A stretch of DNA of 64,000 bases from Camelus dromedarius. Its lineage: Eukaryota. The notes beneath the pieces are model-generated. The model worked only from the letters and a program-made list of their open reading frames with translations, searched no databases and was not told where the DNA came from. The stretch covers positions 97,218,001-97,282,000 of the forward strand of contig NC_087437.1 in the NCBI RefSeq assembly GCF_036321535.1. The letters are read 5' to 3'. The stretch's first letter is position 1. Each line of letters begins with the position of its first letter. Positions 13,185 to 25,660 of this stretch are shown piece by piece. The position numbers were made by a program, and so were the translations under genes.

Positions 13185-13400
13185 ACAGCAAGGATTTTGG
13201 ATTCCTAAAGATCTAGTTTCAATCCCAGATCCAACAATTAGATAAACCACTGAATCTTTGTAGTTTATGTATAAAATAGTTACAGTGATTTTTCTCCTCA
13301 AAGGGTTCTTCCCAAGGTGCTATTATGAAGGATGGATGATCTATTTATAGAGAAACTAACAAAGCATCTGGCACAATACAGACACTTGTCCTGTTAATTC
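13185..13400 (+). mobile_element. MIR SINE (degenerate)
   Basis: TTTGGATTCC...CTAGTTTCAATCCCAGATCC...GTATAAAATAG...CATCTGGCACAATACAGACAC follows the MIR consensus order. Confidence 0.5.
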
Positions 13401-13678
13401 CCTTTCTTTCTCTACTTATTTTATTTACTACTCAAGACAGGTTGCAGCTTTGTATCTTCAACAAATACAAATTCAGTTGTAAGGACTTTTGACTCCTTTT
13501 TTTCATTTATCTTTTATCTCTCTATAATACAGTTTAACTATCATAAAATTGTATTTTGCCTGTGTGCTCAGTATTGACTGGATATTATTGTGTATACCAC
13601 ATGTCTATATAAACAAAACACTCTACAGAGTTATATGTTAGAAACCATGTAAGGTGTCCTTTGTGGGTCACTTAATTG

Positions 13679-13714
13679 ATTTTTAAGGCCAATTTTGATG
13701 ATGGCCTTAAAAAT
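13679..13714. repeat. Perfect 13-bp inverted repeat with 10-nt spacer
   Basis: ATTTTTAAGGCCA (13679-13691) and TGGCCTTAAAAAT (13702-13714). Confidence 0.9.
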
Positions 13715-13839
13715 GATGACTTTTGCTTTATATAATAACTTCAGCACCTAATCTTGTGTGACTTGACTCTATCATCTAAAATGTTCCCACTTACATTTGC
13801 ACACACAGCCTTGCCTCTACTCAGCCCACATTATACTTA

Positions 13840-14394
13840 AGTAATAGGGAAGAACAAATCTGACTCCACACTGGATCTTTCTTTTACTTTAATCTTCGTA
13901 TTCTACCACTTTTGCTACAACTTAATTACTAACTTATAGGGATGTTGTCAATAGCTTAAAGTTAATCACCAACTTACAGGGATGTTGCCTATAGTTTAAA
14001 GTATACATAATGGCCCATCTATGGAAACCTTGCCTCCTATACCCGAGAGTTTAGCTAAAATACTTTTGTTTAGCTCACAGGAAACATCCCAGCCAAGCCC
14101 ACCTGTGAATGGCTGCAAGAAAGAAGAAATTAACACATCCCGCCTAGAGTCTAGCTGGAACCAAGAAATATTTGCAACAACTTATCACCTTCTTACTTTA
14201 CCTCCTCACTTCCCCGACTTTGTTCTATAAAATAATTTAGAATCCAAATCTAGGCAAGATGATTCTTTGGGACATTAGTCCATCATCTTCTTGGTCTGCT
14301 AGCTTTCCAACACTGCTAATCCTTTCCTCAATAAACATTTCTCCTTTTACTGGCCTGTAGTGAGGCGAGCAGTACAAGCTTGCTCTCAGTAACA
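13840..14394 (+). mobile_element. ERV1-like solo LTR (possibly MER41-related) with an internal 40-bp tandem duplication
   Basis: Starts AGTAATAGGGAAGAACAAATCTGACTCC (decayed TGTAACAGGG...) and ends CTCAGTAACA; TATAAAA near 14226, AATAAA near 14330; near-identical TSD CTTA/CCTA. Confidence 0.8.
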
Positions 14395-15444
14395 CCTAGA
14401 TAAACCTCACTTCCATCAGTTTGTGCGTATGGTTCCTCTCATCTGAACAACTTCTCTCTATCCCTCTGCCTATTCACATTTTACTTATTTAATGCAATGA
14501 GATTTCTGGCAATTACTCCCATATTCATTGACTTATCTTACCTTTGAATTCCTCCATTTTATCTGTGTTGCAAATATAACTATGTAATTAAATATGACTT
14601 TGTAAAATTTTTATTGCTTTATGTATAAATTTTGCCTTTTCAACTAGATTATATACTTTCAGATGCTAGAGACATATCTTGAAATTCTTCTGCATGCAAA
14701 AATATAATATTTGATTAATTGAATAGATTATTAATTAGATCAAACTTCTAAACAAAAATAAATTGCTTTAATTTCCTATTTTTCTTTTCTTATACATCTC
14801 TTATCCACCTGTATCCCCATTAACAAATCTAAGCATGTCCTCACAATTTCACACTTACTTGTTGTATGATTAAAAATATAAGTAAAACTTGACACTCTAT
14901 TACTAGGTGAACAAAACAAAACTATAAGGTTGATGGTGAGGAACTGACATGAGTCGTAAAGACCCAGATATGCTCTTCAATCCAGAGCTCACTCAGCTTC
15001 ACTTTATTTCTTTCTGCAGGACATACGATTTTTGGGACATTTCTCTCCGTTGTTACTTTCTTACTGAGACAATTACATTATCCATTTCTCTTCAACCTTC
15101 TGTAATCTCAAGACAAGGATATAGATCTTTTACTTTAGAAAGTTTTATTTCTAAGAAACATAATAAATCAAAAAGAAGTATGTCAAAGCTCATAATAACA
15201 AAGATGCTACAAAGGTTTCAAAAATCCAATAAAATCCATCACAATGATTATTTAACCTCCCCACAGAACTGCCCCTGCTATTATTTTGGTATCATACATA
15301 CTATAATTTTCAAATTTTCTATACTAGAACTTCACTTATAAAAATATATCCTTTTTTCAAATTCATCCTAAATATGACTCAGTTTCTAATATAGAGATAC
15401 TTCCTTACTTCAGTGAGGAATTTATTGTTTCAAGAGTTCTGTAC

Positions 15445-15600
15445 AACTTCAAAACCACTTGGGCTACTTAAAACATAAAAGGTCTTTGGGTTTTATACCT
15501 GGAGATTCTTATTCAATAGGTCTTGGATGGAGCCTGGACATCTCTATTTTTAATAGGCTCCCCTGGTGATTTCAATACACAGCAAGACATGAACTCTGGG
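15445..15600. mobile_element. MER5A-like hAT DNA transposon remnant
   Basis: GAGATTCTTATTCAATAGGTCTTGGATGGAGCCTGGACATCTCTATTTTTAATAGGCTCCCCTGGTGATTTCAAT is a typical MER5A core. Confidence 0.7.
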
Positions 15601-18600
15601 AAACATGGCATTTTACTGTTGGTATAGAACAATAACTGTCTCCTGTTTGACACTTGACAGGCCCCCATTTGAGTTGTCAGCTCAGGGGAGCTCCCTAATA
15701 GCACCTACATCTTCATGTCCAAATTTATACACCTAAAAATGTACACTGAAGCCAATCCCTGTTTCTAGACTAAACTGAATTCTGCCAAAGCATAATTCCT
15801 CCCAATAATTGAGCAAGACTTGGGTAGTAGTGCTGTGATTACACCAAGCTAGTTCCTCTTTCAAACAAGACAAATATGTGTGAAGATCATCAAAATTTAG
15901 TTCATTTGAGGTGACTTTTATCCCAACCTATATCAAAAACAGCACTTCATAGATTTAACTTGTACCTGGTTATCACACATTGTAATCCAAGGTTCTAAAA
16001 TTTCAAGCACATTTATCCTCTGCAACACACAATATGACCACTGCTGTTTATTGCGTCTTGATGAGAGAACACTGGCAGTTGTTGCTTTACTTAATACTTT
16101 TCTAGAAGCTACTTTATCTCTGAAGTGGTAAGCAATCTTTTTGTAGTAAAATGTACAAAGAAAGCTAACATTTACCAGATGTCTTGAAATCAGCTCAATA
16201 TATATATTTTTTAAATGTAAAAAAATTACATTAAAAAATAAAGATGTAAAGAAGCAATATACATGTATCAATTTAACTGAATTTTTAATCGAGTTATTAA
16301 TATCTACTCTATCCCTTTTAAAATAAAATAATTTATACAGGTAACTGTACTGTATAACTCATGACTTTTTCAAGTTCACTATTCACTGTTCATGAACAAA
16401 AAACTAAGTTCTAAGCCACAGTGCAGAGCTGTAGAAAAAAACTGACAACATTTAAAGCAAAACTCAGGATACCCAAGAGATTATTATCCAAATAATCCTA
16501 CTTCATAGGAAGCAATTGCAATAATGTACCCAAAAGGTACATCAATTTTTTAACTTGTAATTAAGATTTGCATTATTAATGCTAAGGATATTCTTGATAA
16601 TTAGGCAAAAATATATACAGAAAAGGAAAATCTTATTAAAGACGTCCATTGCCATCTAGGAAAAATTTATATTGTTGTGGAGAAAATACCTAACAAAATT
16701 AGCCCTGAATACAAATGCTCAGATACATATTTTTATTTATCTCTCTACAGTGCTTAAATAAATTTAGAATCAGCTGTCTTCCTAACAGATCTTATTTTAA
16801 ACCACAGACTTGTAACATAATTTTTGTTTATTTTTCAAGGAAGCATTTGTCTTCACTACTTTTATTATGCTTCCTCTTATCAAAAAATGCTTCTATCTGT
16901 TAAAACAGAAAGTAATAAAACTATGCATCAAAATGTTATGAAATTTTCAACTGGAAGGAAAATGGACATATCAAAAATTCATTTCGATAGAGAAACTGTA
17001 TGAGTCTATGGGGTTTTTTTTCCATTTTAAATAAATACTTTTTTTTAATAGGTATACAATATATGTGGAATGTACACAGACTTCATGTGTTGCAGACATT
17101 ACTAAACTACTCATAACATACTCAAACCCAGTTTTAGCCTCAAAATCATTTTCAGATAAATAGAATAGGCAGCCGTTAGTCATCAGCTTGGATTAGAAAC
17201 TGTTGTGATTTGAAATTGATGGCCAGATATCTGCGCTCTGTGTAATGATTGGGAAACGATCGCTCCATTAACAACAATGAGAAAGTACAACTGGATCAAT
17301 ATGCAAAAAGTAATGATAGAAACATTCTAGATATATAATATTTATTATAACTATTATTAAATGATTATTTGCTATTTACTAGGCAGTATGCTAAAGACCT
17401 CACATGGACTATTTAACTGAAATTAAATGATTTTTTGTTATCCCTATTTTTTCTCTATATGGTCCATGTAAACAAGATAACAACTTGAATTACTTTGCTT
17501 TATGAGATGGACTTCACTGCCTGTGTTATTTGTCAGACTTTGGAATATAAGCATTAAATGTCATACAGAACACATATTGCTCTTAGAAATCTTAATTCTG
17601 ATGTAATTTGTTTCATCCATTAATTTAGCAGTAGCGTGTGGAACAGGTTGGAAGAAAAGGAGGGTCAAGATAAGAATTCCTTCAAAAGTAGATGATAATT
17701 ATTTAGACAGGAGGCTTCTACTTTAGTGGTAGACTTACAGAGGAGCAGAAAGCCAAGGAGAGAGAATACAGTTGAAAAGGAGTAAGGATTAGGCTAGGGA
17801 TCTGTCTTTAAGTTTACAGGCTTAATTACTTAAATTACATGGGCTAACATAGCCAAGATTCCATTAATGGAATTTTAATGTTTCATCTTAGATGCACTGT
17901 CTAGGATACTGGTAAAAATTACAGCTATAATTATCTTGCATTAAGAAATAGAAATTACATCGGTAACATGTATCTTCTTGTTCTCCCTTAAGTTAAAATA
18001 AGACAGAAAATCTGTAATAAATCAGTTTCAAAATATATACACAAATATATGCAAAAATAGCTTACATGTTAACTAAATTTTTATTAGAATCTCAATATTT
18101 TGAATAAAGTATCCAAAAGCCTTAATATTATGAAAAAGATGAGCCATTATGATGATAGCATTTCTGGATTTGAATGAAATGTTCCCAAATCAACTTTTTT
18201 TTTTTTGATGGGGGGGCACATTTGAATATTTTCAGTAGAAATGAATTTTTTATCATTGTTAAGTTATTAGGGTATGGCTTAAATAATTATAATAAATATC
18301 ATCTTTAAAATGAAATAGTTATTATTTCAAGAAAATTATTATATAATGCCCCAACCTGTGGAAATTTGGTAGAACTTTGCTAACTTCACAGAGAATGTAG
18401 ATGCCTAAGTGAAAAATGACTGCAATTTGCTTCCAGAGTAGAATATTGAAAACAATAAGCTACAAATAAATGTAACTATCATTTCCCAACGTAGATGCAA
18501 ACTGAAATATAGAAATCATTTTCTTAACTCTCGAATCTTATGTTCAAGTGAAATAAATAGAGAGGCTAAGACTCATTGCCTAGATGTAATTGATGAAACT

Positions 18601-19439
18601 TAACTTTAAAATAGATGTACATAACAAAGGAAAATGGAAAGAAGAATTATCAAGTTCATTCATAAGAAACTCAATTGTTGCTTTTATTTGTATGTATCAT
18701 ACAAACCACCAAATCTGAAAACAGTCTTTTCTTATATGGAGATAATGTATGCCTCTTATTAAGGGTAAAGGATGTTATATCTTTTAATCTCTAATGGTGA
18801 ACTTAAGATTTATAAGTACAGAACATAGAAGCTGAACAGTGCACATGCAGTAATATATTTAGAGAAAATGAATCTCAACAAGAAATCATAGTTCAAGATG
18901 CTATCTTCCTATTGTTTTCAACTATCCTGTTCACAGCTAAGAAATTGATTCCATTTGAAACTTGCAGTGTTGAATCTAATTCAGAGTTCCATCTTGACAC
19001 TAACCGAGGGCTTCATCATTTTCTTAGAATACTCTGTACTCTTACTGTTATGTAGATTTTTTTTCTTTAAAGTATGCTATTGCAGGCTAGTAGATCATTT
19101 CTCTGCTACCTGTTTTTGAAGAGTTCCCTAAGTTATTACTTCTGGAGAGATTCTTGATTTGAAATATCAGCTAATACCATAGTCAATAAGTTTTTATTGC
19201 TCATATTTCAATACCAGTTTACTGTGCATATCACGTACTGACCTATGCACCCAAACTCAATTTATAAGATACAAACTGAATGAAATTTGTGCAGTATGTA
19301 AGTAAAAGTCCTTCCATTTTTAAAATGTGTTTTCTAACTTACAATAACATTTTCACTCAGAGGTTTTAAAAACATTTTTTACATAGACTAATATGTTTGT
19401 GTTTGTTTCCTTAAATTTCAAAAATTAAAATAGCCCCAG

Positions 19440-19537
19440 AATAATTATAGTTTTATATTAAAAAGTTCATTAAGGCAAATGATACTATTTAATAATTACA
19501 GTTTTATATTAAGATGTTCATTAAGGCAAATGATACT
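19440..19537. repeat. Tandem duplication, 51-bp period, 2 copies
   Basis: AATAATTAyAGTTTTATATTAArAwGTTCATTAAGGCAAATGATACTA at 19440 and 19491, 3 mismatches. Confidence 0.95.
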
Positions 19538-20089
19538 ACTTTTAAAAATGTTAAATAATATATGATATTTTATTATTATAACTATAGACCTAAAATACAT
19601 TTATCGAATGGATGGATAGATGGAAAGATGCATAAAAATAGTGGGTAGAACTGCCCAAAAATAGAATTATCAATGAACATGAACCTCCCTTAAAAAAAAA
19701 AAAAATCTGGAGCCGAAAAGCAAAAAAAAAAAACCAAAAACAAAAAACAAGGCACGTTCTGAAAATTGCAAGCAGTTGAGTTTACCTAGAAAACAGGATG
19801 TCGTGTGGCAAAGGAAGTGGAAGGCGGGGCTGGAAAAACGCAAATAAGATTTGGTAAAATTTGCATAGTGACTGAATGTATACAATTGTACATAGCAATA
19901 ATCCTTTGTAACAAGCATTTTTCCCTTGTGCATTTAATCATTTCATTTCTAAAAGTTAAAAGTACAGGGCAAGAGTGTTAAGACACAAAGGGACAAGTCA
20001 CAGATTGATGACCCAGAAAGTATAAAAAAGAAGCACACAAGAGAAAGCATTTCCCATGATCCTCAGTATCTTTACTGTAAGAAACCCTT

Positions 20090-20152
20090 AACTGGGCTTG
20101 CTGCCGGAATTTTTGCCACTCCAGGGAACATTTGATAATGTTTTGAGACTGG
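20090..20152 (+). mobile_element. MER20-like fragment
   Basis: ATTTTTGCCACTCCAGGGAACATTTGATAATGTTTTGAGAC resembles the MER20 5' end (GATTTTGCCCCCCAGGGGACATTTGGCAATGTCTGGAGAC). Confidence 0.5.
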
Positions 20153-20334
20153 CCTTTCTAAGGTTTCATCGCTTCGCTTATTATTTTTTATATGACTCGC
20201 CATTGCCTTGATGATAAAATTCACACGTCTTGGGAAGAAAATGCATGAACCTTCGAGACATGGCCTTATTTTTAAGCCTTTGGCTCTTGTCGGTCATCTC
20301 CCGAGCCTTCGCTTGTCGGCAGCACAGAGTCTAG

Positions 20335-20585
20335 CATGGTCCTGCTTTATACGTGCTCCTGGTTTCACCAACTCAAACTCCATGACTTTAAACAAGTTGT
20401 TTAATTTTAAAAGACTTTTTTTTTTTATTTTAAAAGAATTAAAAAAAAATCCCCTGTTTTATCATCTCTGAAATGAGAATAGCCATTATAATAATTTCCT
20501 GATAGGTTTGTTTTAGGGTCTTGAAAAATGCATGATGATTCATCATTACAGTACCTGGTATATTCATTCAATAAATATTGATTGA
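20335..20585 (+). mobile_element. MIR SINE (interrupted)
   Basis: CATGACTTTAAACAAGTTGTTTAA...TCATCTCTGAAATGAGAATA...CAGTACCTGGTATAT...TCAATAAATATT. Confidence 0.55.
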
Positions 20586-20699
20586 TTACAGAATTTTAGA
20601 TGCTGGAGATATATAAGCCAATAAAACATAGGGAAAAATCCCTGCTCCGTGGATTCTAGTGAATATAATTGTTAAATAAATATTAGTTGCTATAATTAA

Positions 20700-21370
20700 A
20701 AATGATTCTTTAAGACTTAGCTTAAACATCCTTTCTTCCAAGAAACCTGCCTGCACTCCTACTTGGTCCACTAAGGTGACCCTCCCTACCTTTGGTCTTC
20801 ACATCCTCTGTTTTAAAACCTAAGACTTTTCATTATAAGTGATCATAACCTCCTGCAGCTGTCCTCTTATCCTTGGGGGCAAGGACCACGGCTTATTTAC
20901 CTCTTCCTCACCAGCTCCTAGCACAGTGTGCAGCCCACAGTTGGAGTTCAAAAAGTATTTGTGGAACAATGGTGTATGTAATTTCAGAATCATTTCAGCA
21001 GAATCGACACACACCTATTCCAAACCATCTGTACTTTAAACTTCCTGTTTTAATACTGCAGTCTAGCTTTTTGTCCTAAATGATTCTTTAGGCTCAATTA
21101 CACTTGAAAAATTACCTTAACTTCTGCCACTATAGGCTCAACATTGAGGACATTTGCTGTGTGTTGAAGATGCGGCAAATGTCATGCAACCTAAATGAGG
21201 AATATCGGTTTTAAATACACATATACACACGTACATACATGTGTGCTCTCTGAATAAGGGATGCAGTCTCCAAGAGAGCAGAACCTTTTGCTTGGCTTAC
21301 TCACTGCTGCATCCCTAGAACAACACCTGACATATTGTAGGTGTCCAATAAATTTTTGTGGAAGGAAAGA
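20700..21370 (+). mobile_element. L2 3' fragments (about 20700-20970 and 21255-21370)
   Basis: CCAGCTCCTAGCACAGTG...TCAAAAAGTATTTGTGGAA and CTCACTGCTGCATCCCTAGAACAACACCTGACATATTGTAGGTGTCCAATAAATTTTTGTGGAAGGAA are L2 3' termini. Confidence 0.65.
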
Positions 21371-24300
21371 AGGAGAGGAGGGGCAATATAAATGTCTGGT
21401 TTGCTCTATTAAGATAACCTGTGTTCTTCTGAGTACAGGTAAAGCTAGTCCAAAGAAATACATGTTTATTAAGTGTATATAAACATATACCTATGAATAT
21501 AATACATATGAATATGACACATACAAATATAGCATGCATTTTATTAGATATCATATGTTATACATATGTACTTATACTTTATGTTTAAATATAAGACTTA
21601 TTTTGGCTTTTGTTTAGAATTATGTTAGTATTTCCACTTACTACTTGAAAAATCAAGGGTGAAACAAAGTTTATTTCATTAAAATATAAGAGTAGTAGGA
21701 ATCAGACTGTTGTCTCCAGTCAAACTCTCATACATTTAGCTGATAGTAGCTTGTATTCTGTTGGCTGTGAAAACTGACTTATCTTTACGTAGAATAGATA
21801 CAAACCTCTAGACACAGAAAAATGAGCAGTCACATTGCAGAAGTGATATGCTGATTAATATGTTAATAAGGTAAATCTCTTCCTTTAAATTAGCCTTTCT
21901 TTGTTACTGTTTGTAGACAGAGTAATTGACTAAAACATTTAGATCAAAATCTGTGTAAGGGAGATAAACTGAAAACATTTCGAGGGAGAGGAAAAGATAA
22001 AATATTGTACTGAGTGGACTGTGAGTGACTCCAAGAGCCCTTGGAAGGGTACCTGACTTTAATAACTATGTATTTATTCAATTCTATTTTTGTATGTGGC
22101 CAAATACTTCACTTGCTAGTGGGCTTTCAATAGCAGTCAGACAATTCTTGGATGTCAAAAAGCTGAGCCAGGGCTCCCTACCTCAAATACTTGTAGGGGT
22201 CAGGCAGGTAAGGTAATTTATTATTCAGTAACCATTCAGTTGGATTGTGTCAGGCTAGACAGCTTCAGCCAAATGTCACCATCCCAAATATGGGTCCACT
22301 TTGCCATGCATACAGATTTTATGAGAGAATAGAGATTTTTTTTTTAATATATGAAATCTTTTATTTTTAAATATTTGAAACTAAATTATTTTTTAGTTGA
22401 ATGAGTCTTCAAATGCTATAGTGCTTTACAATTTTCAAAAGTTTCACACATATGACTTCACATAATCCATAATAATCCTTTTTTCCCCACCCCCTACCTT
22501 ACCCCTCCCACCTCCCCTCTCCTGACTGGTAAATAAAAAGAGAGAAAACATACAAAGAGTTTGGCCTCTAGCTTGGACTCTAAGGGGACCGGATATGCAC
22601 ACACAGATGCACAGCACAATTTGGGTTTCCATTTCTAAGGCTTAGCAGGCCCCCTGCTCTTAAATATAAGTCTTACAGTTTACACTTGTTTATTTCTCTG
22701 CTCTTCTCCTCTGAGAGCTTCTCATGACAATAGAAGAGTCTTCAAGGGTTGGCTCAGATGGTCTGGATGGCTAATTGGGAACATATACCCACTAAGCCAA
22801 TTATCTTGTTCTTGTAAAGTACTTGTTGAGAATAAACAACATACTACAAAGCCAAGTCAGAAATATATGAACATATCCCAACGTATAATGTATAACCAAG
22901 GACAGTTTTTGTAACAATTACGAGAAAACTACTTGAGAGAAATATTTTTTCAATGTAATTCATTCACCCCAGTTGAAATGACTATGCAGTTGGCAGAGAA
23001 AGCATTTACGTGCCCTTGATTAACATGACAGATTTATTTATAATCTGTCCACTGTAAACAAATCATCTATTCTCTCCCTGAGCTTTATCAGGGATGTTCT
23101 TCGGCATTGCTGCCCGGCCTGTCTCGTCACATGCTCTGACATCTGCCAGTTCGGCAGCAGACACTGCCATTGTGAAGTCTAAGTTTAAACTGCTCCATCC
23201 TCTGGGAATTTCCTGAACGGAAATTTCTCTGACACTTACAAAATTCAAAGTCTGTAGCAAAACCTTATGTAGGGTTCACAAAATAAAGTAGCCTGCTTTT
23301 CAGGTCACTTATTCCCATTTACTGCATATTATCAGAGATTTATCCAGTTTATTCTAACAGAATCAGGGGTGCTTTTTTTCATTATGAGTGACCAATGACC
23401 ACCACGGAGCCATCTGACCTGTTGGCAGTTGTTGCAAGCCAGATATGCCAGATAATTTGTGTCTCTCCCTCTCTCACCACACATTAAAAAAAAAATCAAT
23501 TTTTTGTACATTCTTTGAAAGAATATTGGCATGTAATTTAAGTACCATTCATGAGGGAAAATATATAAAAAGTTTTTCAGTTCCAAAATAAATTGCTAAA
23601 AACAAAAAGAACATGATCATAAACTCAAGCTTCTGACCAGTTTCAAAGGTAGCAATCTATTCATCAAAGTGAAAATTAGCCAGCTTTGATGTATGTGTGC
23701 CATTTGGAGGTTGGGTATGTTTGCTAAACAGTCACTACTGACAGGATTATCTATTTATCCAACACACAGTCCTACAGAGGGGGACAGAGCTGTATAGACA
23801 GAGCTCTGTGTTTGACTTCTACAGCAGAACATCTCATACCTATGAGGAACGAGGAATAAGGACAACATATGTTAACTGAGCCTTTATACTATATGGACAT
23901 TCTGTCTCACCCTCTCTGTCCCTCCACCCCTCCTCCCTCTCCTTGCATCTCTTTTCATTTACTTACAAACTCAGACTCTTCCTCTTTATGTGATCCTCAG
24001 TTCAAAATGATGCTGAAGTTTGCCTATTCTCAAAACAAAATTCTCTATGCTCATAGATAACACCTTTTCTCTCCCTTTCTTTTAGCCTGAATATATAGAA
24101 AAAATCATCTGTACTTCCTTGCCTCCCCTACACTCTCTAAACCCCAAGAATAACTTAGTTACCCTTGAAGGCCACAAGGAAGATACATATTAGATTCATT
24201 GGCCTTTCCAGTCCTGTAACATCTGCTCATAGCCGAGGAAACTCCTCCTCTCCTTGTAATCTTCCTACCTCTCTGCCTCTTCCTGGCTTTCCCTCCTCTT

Positions 24301-24504
24301 CTGTCCCGTGGAGAGATTCCCATGACATTAGTATACTCTTCATTCATTACTTACTACTGCTCATTCATCAGTGTTCTTAATTCTTTGTAGTATTCTCTTC
24401 ATTAACCTTTCTTTAATGTGTTCAACAATTACGTGAGATCATTAAGTTGATAGAAGCTCTAAATATGTTCTAGATATGTCTGGACTAATGACATAATATA
24501 TGCT

Positions 24505-24725
24505 TTAGGATGGGCTCTCCATCTTGGTTTTAAAGTAGGTTTAAATTCCAGCCTTAGCCCTTACTAGCAGTGAGGCATAGGGCGAAATAACCTCTCCGTG
24601 TCTTACTTATCTCACATGCAAAATAATAATAGCACCTGCCTTACAGCTGTCAGAATGAAGTAAGTACAGACACAGTGGTTGGAATAGCACTAAGGACACC
24701 ATAAGCATTCAGTAAACAGTCTACA
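24505..24725 (+). mobile_element. MIR SINE
   Basis: GGTTTAAATTCCAGCCTTAGCCCTTACTAGCAGTGAGG...AACCTCTCCGTGTCTTACTTATCTCACATGCAAAATAATAATAGCACCTGCCTTACAG closely follows the MIR consensus. Confidence 0.75.
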
Positions 24726-25039
24726 CTCCTGTTATAAACGTCCTTCTTTCCAAGTCTGGCTTTTCTCCTACACTCTCAATTATCTTGGACTAATTTAGTC
24801 CACCTTCCTCCGGTGCAGCTCAATGGCCAGCTTTATTGTGAAAATTAATTTACCCTTTTGTTTGAAAACTTCCAGTTTGTTTCAGTGAGAATAAAATCGA
24901 ATGCCTAAACCTGATGTAAATTTCTGGCTCCTACTTCCCTCCAAACTTCCCTCCCATCACTGTTCTCCGTGTTCCCTTAGCACTTGTCGGGCAGGGGAAC
25001 TGGCTGAACCCGTTCTCACACAAGACGGCCTAGAGGGTG

Positions 25040-25353
25040 CTTTTGGCTCCGGCCTCCAAATGGATGCCTCCTCTTCATGCTCCACTTCTTAACTCACAAG
25101 GCATCTCCTTTGAGACGCTTCTGTCATCTGTCCAAACCAGATTAATCTCTTCTAACACTCACCCGGTCACTATCTATCAATGTTCATAGTTCTTGATATC
25201 ACTTCAAACATTCTGAAATTATACTATTTATTTGCTAATTTATCTTTAGTCCTCCCACACAGACTGTAAATTCCTTGAGAGCTGGGACTCTACTTTTTCA
25301 CCATGGTAGTTTGTTACCCTTAAAATGCTGTGTGACATATACTAAAATATATA

Positions 25354-25385
<32 letters not shown>

Positions 25386-25660
25386 CATATATGGCCTGGA
25401 TGCATAAATAAATCATTTCATGCTCTCTTAGAAATAATCTTTCCTTATGCCAAACAATCATGATATTTCATCTGTATACATTTCATGATTGTGTCTCACT
25501 TTCTGTCCTCTACTGAGGTACTTTTTCCTACTTTCTTCATTAGACTTCTAAGCGCCTTGAAATCACGAACAGAGCATTATTCATCTCCATACATTTTTTC
25601 TAGCACTTTGCAAGTACTTTTTCATAGGTGATCAATAAATATTTGTAGACTAGATGAATG
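25040..25660 (+). mobile_element. L2 3' fragments interrupted by a microsatellite
   Basis: AGACTGTAAATTCCTTGAGAGCTGGGACT and AGACTTCTAAGCGCCTTGAAATCACG...TCAATAAATATTTGTAGACTAGATGAATG. Confidence 0.55.
25346..25392. repeat. (TA)n(TG)n(TA)n microsatellite
   Basis: Directly visible. Confidence 0.9.

Noticed and set aside
7946..14394. One provirus spanning the first and last LTR of the cluster
   Set aside because: The LTRs are not homologous to each other and each has its own TSD.
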